IMG/VR virus record: IMGVR_UViG_3300048589_000479
Reading direction: 5' to 3' (one strand)
Length of the DNA stretch: 64,000 nt
DNA from: an uncultured virus (IMG/VR IMGVR_UViG_3300048589_000479)
Taxonomy: Duplodnaviria; Heunggongvirae; Uroviricota; Caudoviricetes
Program-made: the position numbers and the translations under genes
Shown: piece by piece, positions 38,241 through 46,136 of the stretch
How positions within the stretch are numbered: the first letter of the stretch is position 1
Layout: each line of letters opens with the position of its first letter
The notes under the pieces: model-generated
What the model was told of the DNA's origin: nothing
Databases searched by the model: none
What the model saw: only the letters and a program-made list of their open reading frames with translations

Positions 38241-38404
38241 CGGTGCTCGTGTCAGTGTTCGAGTGCCTGTCGTGCGGCCGCCGGTACCCGCTCATGCCGC
38301 ACTACCCGGCAGCAGCGCCGCATGGCCCCGACCGCGACTGCCGCGCCGAGCTCGGCTGGAAGCTCGTCAAGGAAGAGTTCCCACCGACTCGACCGAACGA
38401 ATGA
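38237..38404 (+). CDS. Small Zn-ribbon-like protein
   Basis: Hand-translated 55 aa MTVLVSVFECLSCGRRYP..H..C; ATGA overlap. Confidence 0.5.
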   Translation: MTVLVSVFECLSCGRRYPLMPHYPAAAPHGPDRDCRAELGWKLVKEEFPPTRPNE

Positions 38405-38405
38405 C

Positions 38406-38452
38406 ATAACCCCTAGAGGTTATTTTCCCGCAATATAACCTGTAGAGGTTAT
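38406..38452. repeat. Pair of 18-bp imperfect palindromes at arm junction
   Basis: ATAACCCCTAGAGGTTAT (38406-38423) and ATAACCTGTAGAGGTTAT (38435-38452). Confidence 0.75.
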
Positions 38453-38511
38453 TGAAGAAGAACGACGGCCCGTAGGCCGCCGTGCTCCTGGGTGGGATTT
38501 TCGCGCCGGGA

Positions 38512-38769
38512 CTAGACGCCGAGGAGCCGCTTTCCCTTCGCCGACAGGCGGTAGGCGAAGCGGTCGCCCTTCGGTGTCACTCCGGTCTTGACCTTCTTCT
38601 CCACGACCAGACCGCGCTCCTTGAGGGCACGGAGCGAGTTGTAGATCGAGGTCTGGCCTGCGGTGACGCCCTTCGACTTCGCGACCTGCTGTGCGCTGGC
38701 CTCGCCGTCGGAAAGAACGCCGAGCACGGCGCGCTGGTTCTGGGTCGGGATGAACTGTGTCTTCGTCAT
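38512..38769 (-). CDS. PadR-like winged-helix regulator
   Basis: VLGVLSDG..SIYNSLRALKERGLV..YRLSAKG. Confidence 0.75.
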   Translation of the reverse strand: MTKTQFIPTQNQRAVLGVLSDGEASAQQVAKSKGVTAGQTSIYNSLRALKERGLVVEKKVKTGVTPKGDRFAYRLSAKGKRLLGV

Positions 38770-39005
38770 GCGAGAAGTGTAGGTGAAGCCTCGGACGCAA
38801 GCTCCGGCACGTCCTCTACCGTGTTCGTGCTGCGAGCTCGAAGCTCGTGTGTCAGCCGGTAGAGGGTGCCGGATGCGAAGTGGATCTCGTAGTCAGTCGC
38901 CGACGGCCGGTTGGCCTGTCGAGCAACGTCGAGCGCCGCGTCAACGATCGACGCACGGAGCTCCGAGTCGGGCATGGTGGCTGTGTTGGTTCCGCGCGTG
39001 TTCAT
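38766..39005 (-). CDS. Hypothetical protein
   Basis: MNTRGTN..; leaderless from class II promoter. Confidence 0.55.
   Translation of the reverse strand: MNTRGTNTATMPDSELRASIVDAALDVARQANRPSATDYEIHFASGTLYRLTHELRARSTNTVEDVPELASEASPTLLA
38776..38799 (-). promoter_or_regulatory. Class II promoter TGCGTCCGA-N9-TACACT, leaderless
   Basis: ATG 6 nt after the -10. Confidence 0.7.
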
Positions 39006-39011
39006 GGCAAT

Positions 39012-39035
39012 AGCATGAAGCCTGGGTCGGACGCA
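39012..39035 (-). promoter_or_regulatory. Class II promoter TGCGTCCGA-N9-CATGCT, leaderless
   Basis: ATG 6 nt after the -10. Confidence 0.7.
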
Positions 39036-39039
39036 ACAT

Positions 39040-39192
39040 GAACCGCGAAACCCCCGCACCTGCCACGTCGCCTTTCAGCATCGGTGGTGGCCCGCGAGGG
39101 TTCCGGTCGTGTTCACATTCTGCCCTGGCGCCGGGCTCACGAGCTATCCGGCCACGCCGCCGTCTCGTGCAACGGGAGCGACCCGCCGACAG
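39040..39192 (-). ncRNA. Candidate structured small RNA
   Basis: Intergenic, no convincing ORF; TACACT at 39197-39202; nested stems visible by eye. Confidence 0.3.
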
Positions 39193-39207
39193 AAGAAGTG
39201 TATCAGG

Positions 39208-39636
39208 TCAGTCGGCGTCGAAGAGCACCTGGATTCCGGGCGCGCCGTCCTCGGATTCGACCCACTCCTCCACGGTGCGAATGATCGCACCCATGAGCGA
39301 GCGCACCTGGTCGGGCGAGAGCGTGTTCCCGTTCGGGCCGAGCTCGTCCGATCGGAACCACTCGATGCCGATGCCGGCGACCTTGCCGCTGCCGTCGTTG
39401 AACTGCGAGGAGAACTCGTCGATGTGGATGACGCCGGGGGGCAGTGGCGCGGGCGGGTTCGGGTTGTCCTTGCGCTGGATGATCTCCTCGCAGATGCGCT
39501 CGGCGGTGCCGACGGCGAGCGCCACGTCCGGCGGTTGCAGCGCGGAGGGCGCCATTGTCACCTGCGCCGCTGCGTGCTGTCCGGCGACGAGGGCGACGAG
39601 GTACTCGGTTTCGTTGAGATCGCGTGAGAGTGTCAT
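39208..39636 (-). CDS. Hypothetical protein
   Basis: MTLSRDLNE..; leaderless after TAGGCT. Confidence 0.65.
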   Translation of the reverse strand: MTLSRDLNETEYLVALVAGQHAAAQVTMAPSALQPPDVALAVGTAERICEEIIQRKDNPNPPAPLPPGVIHIDEFSSQFNDGSGKVAGIGIEWFRSDELGPNGNTLSPDQVRSLMGAIIRTVEEWVESEDGAPGIQVLFDAD

Positions 39637-39662
39637 GGGAAGAAGCCTACCGTGCGCGGTGG

Positions 39663-40499
39663 CTACACTCGCCAGCGGCCCTCGACCACGATCGGCCTCG
39701 CGGCAGCGCGCGCCTTGCCCTTCGACTTCGCGCACTTCGCGGCGACCTGGCGACCGAGACGGATCTTGACGCAGGTGTAGCCGGCCGGCTCGATGCCGCG
39801 CTTCACGAACCGGGCGAGTAGGTTGCGCGCCGGTGCGCACGCCACGCCTCGGGACGTGACCGCCACGCGCTTCTTCCCGACCTTGAACGCGGCACAGCGG
39901 CGTAGCGGCGCCGTGGTCGTGGTGACGGGCTGCGCGACCTCCGGCTTCGCTGGCAGCGTGATCCCGCACACGGACAGCAGCAGTGCCGCATCGGTGAGCA
40001 GGCCGGGGTAGCCGCCGCCGTACACGCCCTCGTAGAGCCTGGGGCAGTCCGGCACGTTCACGCGGCTGTCGTCGGCAGCGGAGGCGCTCTGCAGGTTCAC
40101 GGGGGCGACGCTCACGCCGTCGAGCGAGTAGTGGGTGATGCTCATGACGCGCCAGACGAGCTCGTTGTAGGCGTGCCGGCGCGTGTAGGTGCGCGTGACG
40201 AAGTAGTAGCTGGCCGGCTGGCAGGTGTAGGGGATGCTCGGCGGGTAGCTCGCGCACCCGGCGGTGGTCGGCGAGTTGCCGAGCTTCCCGGTGGCCGGGT
40301 TGAGGTAGCCGGAGGCCGGCGTGGTGACGAACGTCTCCTTGAGCGTGTCCGTCGGCTCGATCGTGAAGCAGCCCTGCGTGGGCGGGTTGGCCTGGTCACG
40401 GACGTAGCCGCAGAACTGCTGGCCGACGTCGGCGTGCGCTGCGGGCGCGACCATGACGACGATGATGCTGGCAATGAGGAAGACCGGGAGCTTGTTCAT
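39663..40499 (-). CDS. Secreted Cys-containing protein
   Basis: Signal peptide ending AHA-D; 10 Cys; basic C-terminal domain. Confidence 0.75.
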   Translation of the reverse strand: MNKLPVFLIASIIVVMVAPAAHADVGQQFCGYVRDQANPPTQGCFTIEPTDTLKETFVTTPASGYLNPATGKLGNSPTTAGCASYPPSIPYTCQPASYYFVTRTYTRRHAYNELVWRVMSITHYSLDGVSVAPVNLQSASAADDSRVNVPDCPRLYEGVYGGGYPGLLTDAALLLSVCGITLPAKPEVAQPVTTTTAPLRRCAAFKVGKKRVAVTSRGVACAPARNLLARFVKRGIEPAGYTCVKIRLGRQVAAKCAKSKGKARAAARPIVVEGRWRV

Positions 40500-40541
40500 G
40501 TTCCGTGTATCGGCAGAACTAGCTCACAACATGAGCGTTTT

Positions 40542-41117
40542 CTACATGGTCAGGTCGAGCTCGCCTGCGCGGTGCCGAGCCTCGAGTGCTCGCCACGCCC
40601 AGAGCACGAGCCGGCGGTGCTCCCACTGGTCGCACACGAGCGCCTGCCGCTCGATCACCCAGGGCACAGCGGAGGCGCTGGGAGACACGCAGGCCAGGAA
40701 CATCATGCCCGAGAGGTCGCGCAGCACGCCGCGCTCGCGCAAGGTGACGATCTCACGCTGGGCGGCCTCGGCGCTCACGACCACGATCGGGGCGCCGGCA
40801 ACGTCGTGCTGCGACACTGCCGCAAGGACGCTGGGCGCGCGCTCGGTGGTGAGGCCCGACACCTGGAGAGCTAGTTCGTGCTCGTCGAGCTCCGTGCCGC
40901 CGACGAGAAGAACGAGCCGCTGGCGCCGGCCGATCTCGCCGAGCCCCTCGCGCAGCGCGTAGTGCTGGACCTCGGCGAATGACACGAGGTAGGCGCCGCC
41001 GGGACCGCGCCGTTCGAGCGGCTGCAGGGTGCCGGCGAGCACGAGATCTCGGACCTTGCGCTCGGTGAGCTCGAGATAGCGGGCGACCTGCGGGATCGTC
41101 CAGTAATGGTCGTTCAC
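40542..41117 (-). CDS. Excisionase-type HTH protein with C-terminal domain
   Basis: YWTIPQVARYLELTERKVRDLVLAGTL..YLV. Confidence 0.7.
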   Translation of the reverse strand: MNDHYWTIPQVARYLELTERKVRDLVLAGTLQPLERRGPGGAYLVSFAEVQHYALREGLGEIGRRQRLVLLVGGTELDEHELALQVSGLTTERAPSVLAAVSQHDVAGAPIVVVSAEAAQREIVTLRERGVLRDLSGMMFLACVSPSASAVPWVIERQALVCDQWEHRRLVLWAWRALEARHRAGELDLTM

Positions 41118-41138
41118 AGCAGGTCGCCCGCTTCCTTG

Positions 41139-41963
41139 TCAGTTGCGCAGGAGTGAGCAGCCGCGTGTCAGCAGCTTCACCGTGCGACGTGCTTCTGGCA
41201 CCCACTGCCGATAGGCGTAGGGGTGCCCGCTTCGTTCGACGGCCTGCGCGAGTGCAGCCGCCCCGATGGAGGCGTCGGAGTTGACGACCTTCACCGCCCC
41301 GTTCGCGAACCAGTTGAACGAGAACTCGACCGAACGCCGCTGTGCGGCAGTGCCGTGTATGTCGATCAACTGGAACGGCCCGAGGCTCGTTCCGTGCCCG
41401 TGGTTGAGCTCACGGGCACTGGCTTCCTGTGTCGTTGCAGCCACGGCCGCAACGACGATCACACGCCGCAAGCCGCGACGTTGGGATTCCACGACGATGT
41501 GCCGGAGCACATGACGCTGGTTGCCGTCGGTTCGCACGCCCTTGACCTTGATACCTCGCGGCCAGGGTCGGGGGTGCACCGTGCAGTTGTGGATCTGGAT
41601 GTAGGCGAGGCACTTCTGCTTCGCCTTCCACTTCTCGCCGGGTGGCGCCTGCTGCCACACGACGTCGCACTTTGACGGTCGGATCTGATGTGCGTCTGCC
41701 GACTTCGCCCCGACAATCAGGAACGCGGCCACGATGACCGCGATCTCGATTGCCAGCAGGAGGGCGAAGAAACGCACTGCTTTCCAGGGATTTGTCATAA
41801 CTGGCACCCTATGCACGGGCATCGGACGCAGGCCGCCGGATCCACCGCACGAGGCGAAGTGCGCGCGCAGTCCGTTGCCTGGGCCGCCGCCGGTGGCGCC
41901 ACAGTGACCGCAGTGCCAGGGGCGCTCGTCCAGCAGCGCATCGCGCTTCTTCCGGCAACTCAC
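41139..41963 (-). CDS. Exported lysozyme/transglycosylase-like protein (alternative start 41798)
   Basis: TM/signal segment; AVAATTQEAS..SLGPFQ..LAQAVERS motif. Confidence 0.65.
   Translation of the reverse strand: MSCRKKRDALLDERPWHCGHCGATGGGPGNGLRAHFASCGGSGGLRPMPVHRVPVMTNPWKAVRFFALLLAIEIAVIVAAFLIVGAKSADAHQIRPSKCDVVWQQAPPGEKWKAKQKCLAYIQIHNCTVHPRPWPRGIKVKGVRTDGNQRHVLRHIVVESQRRGLRRVIVVAAVAATTQEASARELNHGHGTSLGPFQLIDIHGTAAQRRSVEFSFNWFANGAVKVVNSDASIGAAALAQAVERSGHPYAYRQWVPEARRTVKLLTRGCSLLRN
41806..41830 (-). promoter_or_regulatory. Class II promoter TGCGTCCGA-N10-TAGGGT
   Basis: 7 nt before in-frame ATG 41798. Confidence 0.55.
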
Positions 41964-42124
41964 CTGTGCTTACCTTCGCCGATCGAGCGCGCGATCTTCC
42001 GGCACAGCTTCGCCCGGACTCGGTGGAACGAGAACGGGTTGCGGTCGGCGGCGGCGTCGTAGGCGACGGCCCACTTCTCCAGGGCGGTCATGATCCGCTG
42101 CTCGTCAACGGAGAGCGGGATCAT
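41960..42124 (-). CDS. Small hypothetical protein
   Basis: Hand-translated MIPLSVDEQR..(54 aa); 4-nt overlaps on both sides. Confidence 0.5.
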   Translation of the reverse strand: MIPLSVDEQRIMTALEKWAVAYDAAADRNPFSFHRVRAKLCRKIARSIGEGKHR

Positions 42125-42204
42125 CGTCGCCACCGTGGTCGGCGAATGCCGAAGATCGCGCAGTGGCAGCCGTAGGTCCAGTGGTGGCAGTCGAGGCAGA
42201 TCAC
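42121..42204 (-). CDS. 27-aa Cys/His/Arg peptide
   Basis: MICLDCHHWTYGCHCAIFGIRRPRWRR; GTGA and ATGA coupling. Confidence 0.4.
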   Translation of the reverse strand: MICLDCHHWTYGCHCAIFGIRRPRWRR

Positions 42205-42590
42205 GCGCCGCCCCTGGCGTCCGTGCCGTACATGCCGGGCTTCGCTCCGGTGTCCTGCGACTCGTTGGAGAGGCCCAGGTCCATGACGAGCGGCTTCGCT
42301 CGGAGCTCGGCGTCGTCCAGGATCGCCGTCACGACTCCCAGGTGCGAGCCGGCGGCGACACGAGCGACGGTGTAGCGGTGCATCTCGTTGGTCTTGAGGT
42401 CGCGCACCTTGCGCTTCGTCTTCGCCAGCTTGATGATCTGCCCGTCACCGGCCTGCGGAAGAACCTGCTCCGGAATCGCCGGCACAGCGATCGGTCGCCC
42501 GGTCGCGTAGTCGGTCTTGAACCGGCACTTCTGCTCCGGCTGGACGATGCGGTGGAAGGCGATGTAGTCGCCACTCTGGAACTCGTACAT
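42201..42590 (-). CDS. Hypothetical protein
   Basis: 129 aa, coupled. Confidence 0.65.
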   Translation of the reverse strand: MYEFQSGDYIAFHRIVQPEQKCRFKTDYATGRPIAVPAIPEQVLPQAGDGQIIKLAKTKRKVRDLKTNEMHRYTVARVAAGSHLGVVTAILDDAELRAKPLVMDLGLSNESQDTGAKPGMYGTDARGGA

Positions 42591-43009
42591 CAGAACGGGA
42601 ACCCCTGGTCGGTGTCGTCCGGTGAGCCGGGCTGGTATGAGCCGGGGACCGGCGCCTCGATCGAGTCCAGCACTATGTCTGGGTCGATCGGCGTCATGAG
42701 CTCGTGCACCATCGGCACGTCAGCCGGGAGCGGCGCCGGCTCCACCGCCGGGCTCGGCTCCTCCAGGTAGCCCCAATCGACGTCGCTTGCCACCGACTCG
42801 GCGGCGTCGGCGTACATGCGGAGCTCCTCGGGCGAGCTCCCGTGCAGGCTCGACTCGATCACCGTCTCGACGACGTGTTCGTTGACGAGCGCGTGGTCCT
42901 TGTTCTTCGTCGAGACGACGCTGATCGTGTACCAGGACATAGGCGCCGTGAACACCGTGACCTCGGTCGTCACCTTCTCGACCGTGTAGAACATCTCGTG
43001 GGTACTCAC
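42590..43009 (-). CDS. Hypothetical acidic protein
   Basis: 139 aa, coupled. Confidence 0.65.
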   Translation of the reverse strand: MSTHEMFYTVEKVTTEVTVFTAPMSWYTISVVSTKNKDHALVNEHVVETVIESSLHGSSPEELRMYADAAESVASDVDWGYLEEPSPAVEPAPLPADVPMVHELMTPIDPDIVLDSIEAPVPGSYQPGSPDDTDQGFPF

Positions 43010-43395
43010 TTCTTCCGTCCCTTGCGTCGTGCGTGCTTGCGCATGGCGAGCACGCGGGCCTTCTTCTCCTGCTCGATCTCAACGAGCAGCGGCATCAACT
43101 TCCGGAGCGCCGGCAGCATCTTGCGGAACGCGGCGCCGACGACCTCGAACGACGCCTGGAAGTCGAGAGCGATCTGCTTCGCCGCCTCGCGCTGCGCTCG
43201 CTGGATGACCTTCGAGTGCTCTGTCGAGTAGCCGAACTGCACATTCTTGACCATGCCGCCGAACTTCATCGGGTCGGCCTGGAGCTCCGCGAGTGCGCGC
43301 TTCCCGGCCATGCGTCCACCGACGAGGATGTGCTTGTCGAAGCCGTCGGCGAGCTCGCCGATGCTCTCGCCTGCTCGTTCGCGTGCGTCGCTCAT
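43006..43395 (-). CDS. Hypothetical protein
   Basis: MSDARER..; coupled. Confidence 0.6.
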   Translation of the reverse strand: MSDARERAGESIGELADGFDKHILVGGRMAGKRALAELQADPMKFGGMVKNVQFGYSTEHSKVIQRAQREAAKQIALDFQASFEVVGAAFRKMLPALRKLMPLLVEIEQEKKARVLAMRKHARRKGRKK

Positions 43396-43649
43396 CCCCA
43401 TACCTCCCAGCGGCGCGAGCCGCGCACCTGCGCCACGCACGATCCGTCGCGGAACGTGACGAACTTCGAGTAGCGCGAAGCTGCGTTGTGGCCGAGCGGC
43501 TCGGCCTTGAGTCCCTTGATCTGGTCGCGAATCGTGTCAGCCGTGATGCCGTAGTCGGCTGCCTCGTCACCCAGGCGTCGGAAGACGGCGGTATCGTCAC
43601 AGAACTTCGCGGCGAGTGTGTCGGGCTTGTCGGGGGCCGCCTTCTTCAT
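43392..43649 (-). CDS. Hypothetical protein
   Basis: MKKAAPDK..; coupled. Confidence 0.55.
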   Translation of the reverse strand: MKKAAPDKPDTLAAKFCDDTAVFRRLGDEAADYGITADTIRDQIKGLKAEPLGHNAASRYSKFVTFRDGSCVAQVRGSRRWEVWG

Positions 43650-43912
43650 AGCGTCACCCAGCGGCCGCGACGGTTCCTTCGCGCGATCGAGCCGTCCATG
43701 AAGTAGAAGCGGTTGGGGCGCCCGTCGTCTCCGCGCTCCGCGTTCGTGAAGGCGTAGCGTCCGACGATGTTCTCGTACCGCAGTTGCGGCGGCACGGGCA
43801 GGTCCAGGCGCTTCAACGCCGCTCGGCCGCAGATGTCGTCCACGAACTGCTCGGCGTTGGTCGGGCCGTCGTAGCGCGGCGGCTCCGGGTTGTGCTTCGG
43901 GTGGTAGCTCAT
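43646..43912 (-). CDS. Hypothetical protein
   Basis: MSYHPK..; coupled. Confidence 0.55.
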   Translation of the reverse strand: MSYHPKHNPEPPRYDGPTNAEQFVDDICGRAALKRLDLPVPPQLRYENIVGRYAFTNAERGDDGRPNRFYFMDGSIARRNRRGRWVTL

Positions 43913-44202
43913 CACCATGTTCTCCAGACCTCCCAGCGCTGCGTCTCTCGGAAGCGCACGGCCACGGAACCATCCTCGAATCGGTGGGCGATGTCCACGA
44001 TCCCGGTACCGTCAACGTCCCACTGCTCCCGGCGGCCTGTCCTCATGTGCTCGTCCGAGATCGCCGTGCCGTCGATGCCGTAGTCAGCCGGGTTCCACGT
44101 CGGGAACTTCACGCGCACCATGCGCAGCAGCGTCACAGCGTCAACGAAGCGCTCGGCCTGCGAGCACGCGGCGTAGATCTCCTGCGGGGTGGCCTTGCTC
44201 AT
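43912..44202 (-). CDS. Hypothetical protein
   Basis: MSKATPQE..; coupled. Confidence 0.55.
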   Translation of the reverse strand: MSKATPQEIYAACSQAERFVDAVTLLRMVRVKFPTWNPADYGIDGTAISDEHMRTGRREQWDVDGTGIVDIAHRFEDGSVAVRFRETQRWEVWRTW

Positions 44203-44498
44203 GTGTCCCAGCCGTTGTCGTCGAGGAGCTTGCGCAGGAACTTGCGCACTGCCACCGGCTTGAAGCGGGCGACGATCTCGAGGCGGTCGGGGTGGTAGCA
44301 CAGGATCTCGCCCAGCGGCCCCCCGCTCGTGGTGAGCCGGGCCTTCTCGCCGGTCGGCGCCTGGCGGTGCGACAGCACGAGCACGATGAAGTCGCGGCCC
44401 GCGTCGATCTGGGTGGTGCACTCCGCGATCGTGCGGTAGGCCGCGTCCACGCCCGCTGTGCGGCGCTGGTCGCCGATGAAGTCACCGACCGGCGTCAT
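44199..44498 (-). CDS. Hypothetical protein
   Basis: MTPVGDFIG..; coupled. Confidence 0.55.
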   Translation of the reverse strand: MTPVGDFIGDQRRTAGVDAAYRTIAECTTQIDAGRDFIVLVLSHRQAPTGEKARLTTSGGPLGEILCYHPDRLEIVARFKPVAVRKFLRKLLDDNGWDT

Positions 44499-45076
44499 GA
44501 TGCCAGCGCCCGCGTGAGAGCCTGGATCGCCTGCTCCGGGTTGAGGTAGCGAGCCGGGTTGCCGACCTGGAGTTGCATCACGGTCAGGTCGAACGCGCGC
44601 GCTTCGAGGTCGCCGAACTTGTCCTTCGGCCACCACTTCTCGGCCTCGGCGTGACCGAGCGCGTGCGCCTCGGCTGCGAGGCAGGCGCCGTCGATCCGCT
44701 TGAACGCGGCGTGCTGGTCGTCGGAGAGCGCCTCGACGCGGTGCTCGGCGAAGATCCTGCGGTCCAGGTCGGCCTCGTCACGGCGCGTGCGGTCGCTCTT
44801 CCACGTCGTCGGCACGTCCGAGATCATCGACTCGTGCCCGTCGTGCAGGCGCATGTAGCGCGGCAGCGACGGCATCTCAGGGTAGAACTCCTCGGCGAGC
44901 TTGCCGCTCACGAGCGAGTGGCAGAGCACGGTGTAGAACTCGCGCGTCTGCCCGGCGAAGCGCGACTGGCGCCCCAGGCCCACGGCGATGTCCTCGATCG
45001 ACGGGCCAATGTCAGTCGGCGCGCCGGGCTCGGTCGTGTCAGCCGGCCATACTGGTCGTCCGGTGTAGGTAATCAA
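44495..45076 (-). CDS. HD-domain 5'-deoxynucleotidase-like protein (YfbR/YfdR type)
   Basis: IEDIA..RFAGQ..YTVLCHS..LHDGHE..SDVPT..K. Confidence 0.8.
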   Translation of the reverse strand: MITYTGRPVWPADTTEPGAPTDIGPSIEDIAVGLGRQSRFAGQTREFYTVLCHSLVSGKLAEEFYPEMPSLPRYMRLHDGHESMISDVPTTWKSDRTRRDEADLDRRIFAEHRVEALSDDQHAAFKRIDGACLAAEAHALGHAEAEKWWPKDKFGDLEARAFDLTVMQLQVGNPARYLNPEQAIQALTRALAS

Positions 45077-45420
45077 CGGTCGTCACCCGATCCTTCGAGC
45101 ACGCCGCGCTCCATGCGATCGGCGAGCTTGTCGATGTTGCCTTCGGCTGCGGCTGACAGCATGAAGTTGAGCTCTTCGGAGACGCGCGCGGCGTACCAGA
45201 GCACGTCGCCGACTTCCTTCTTCACGACGGCTGCGAGCTCGGGAAGCTCGGCTGGATCGGCACCGCGCCGGACCCACTTCTTGATCTTCCCGAAGACCTC
45301 GCCAGCCTCGTCGCAGAGGCCGCCAGCGACGTACATCAGCGCCACGCGCTTGTCGTCGTCGGGGTAGATCGCCGTCGAAGCCGACACGTCCTGGTAGGTG
45401 TTGAAGCTGATGGTGCTCAC
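45073..45420 (-). CDS. MazG-like nucleotide pyrophosphohydrolase
   Basis: GLCDEAGEV..KK..EVGDVLWY..NIDKL..R. Confidence 0.85.
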   Translation of the reverse strand: MSTISFNTYQDVSASTAIYPDDDKRVALMYVAGGLCDEAGEVFGKIKKWVRRGADPAELPELAAVVKKEVGDVLWYAARVSEELNFMLSAAAEGNIDKLADRMERGVLEGSGDDR

Positions 45421-46136
45421 GACGAGATCACCGGAGCCTCGGAGAGCGCGGCGTGCAGCTTCGCGATCTCGTCGTCCAGGTGCGCTCGTGCGGCTCCCTG
45501 GGCTTCCTTCACGATCTCGTCGGAGCCGTTGTCCATCGCCTGCATGAGCAGTTCCGGGTCGCGGTCGGGACGGAACGTGTTGTCGATCTCGAAGTCGATG
45601 AAGCTGTCGGGTACGCCGGCCTCGCTCGCGTGGTCGCCGGTGTCGTCGTTGATGCCGAGCACGCGCACGATCACGCCGCCTGCCGCCTCGATCGCGCGGG
45701 CCTCGTTCTCGAAGCGCACGTCGGTGAAGACGTAGGTGTACGGGCCGACGCGCATCATTGCGTCCTTGCCGCGCTGACGGTCGAGCTCCTGCATGGCGAC
45801 CTCCACCCAGAAGTCCTCGCCGAAGATCTCGCGGTGCGCTTCGGTGCCGTAGCGTTGCAGGATCTCGCGCACGGAGAACGAGCGGCCCAGGTCGCGACCG
45901 TTGCCCTTGAGGTCGAGCACCGAGACGCGCATCTGCGGCTCGTTCTTCCAGGCGTCGAGAACCTCCGGGCTGACGTCGAAGAGCGCGGCGACTGACTTCT
46001 TGAGGGGGTCGGCGAATGAGGCGCGGCGATAGATGTGCTCGCCGAAGACGAATCGCAGCCGGCTATACACTTCGTCCTTGCCGGCGCCCATCTTGCCTGT
46101 CAGTCCGATCAGTGTCGGACGTGCGGTGCTGGTCAT
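45417..46136 (-). CDS. Deoxynucleoside monophosphate kinase
   Basis: IGLTGKMGAGKD, FADPLK, REILQRYGTE, DVRFENE, HASE. Confidence 0.88.
   Translation of the reverse strand: MTSTARPTLIGLTGKMGAGKDEVYSRLRFVFGEHIYRRASFADPLKKSVAALFDVSPEVLDAWKNEPQMRVSVLDLKGNGRDLGRSFSVREILQRYGTEAHREIFGEDFWVEVAMQELDRQRGKDAMMRVGPYTYVFTDVRFENEARAIEAAGGVIVRVLGINDDTGDHASEAGVPDSFIDFEIDNTFRPDRDPELLMQAMDNGSDEIVKEAQGAARAHLDDEIAKLHAALSEAPVISS

Noticed and set aside
38405..38414. CATAACCCCT resemblance to the T7 terminator (vector contamination)
   Set aside because: Only 10 nt match, and it is part of the local palindrome.
44495..46136. Z-genome (PurZ/DatZ/MazZ) cluster
   Set aside because: No PurZ-like synthetase or polymerase in the window; the enzymes look like common YfdR and MazG types. 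Off-window genes cannot be excluded.
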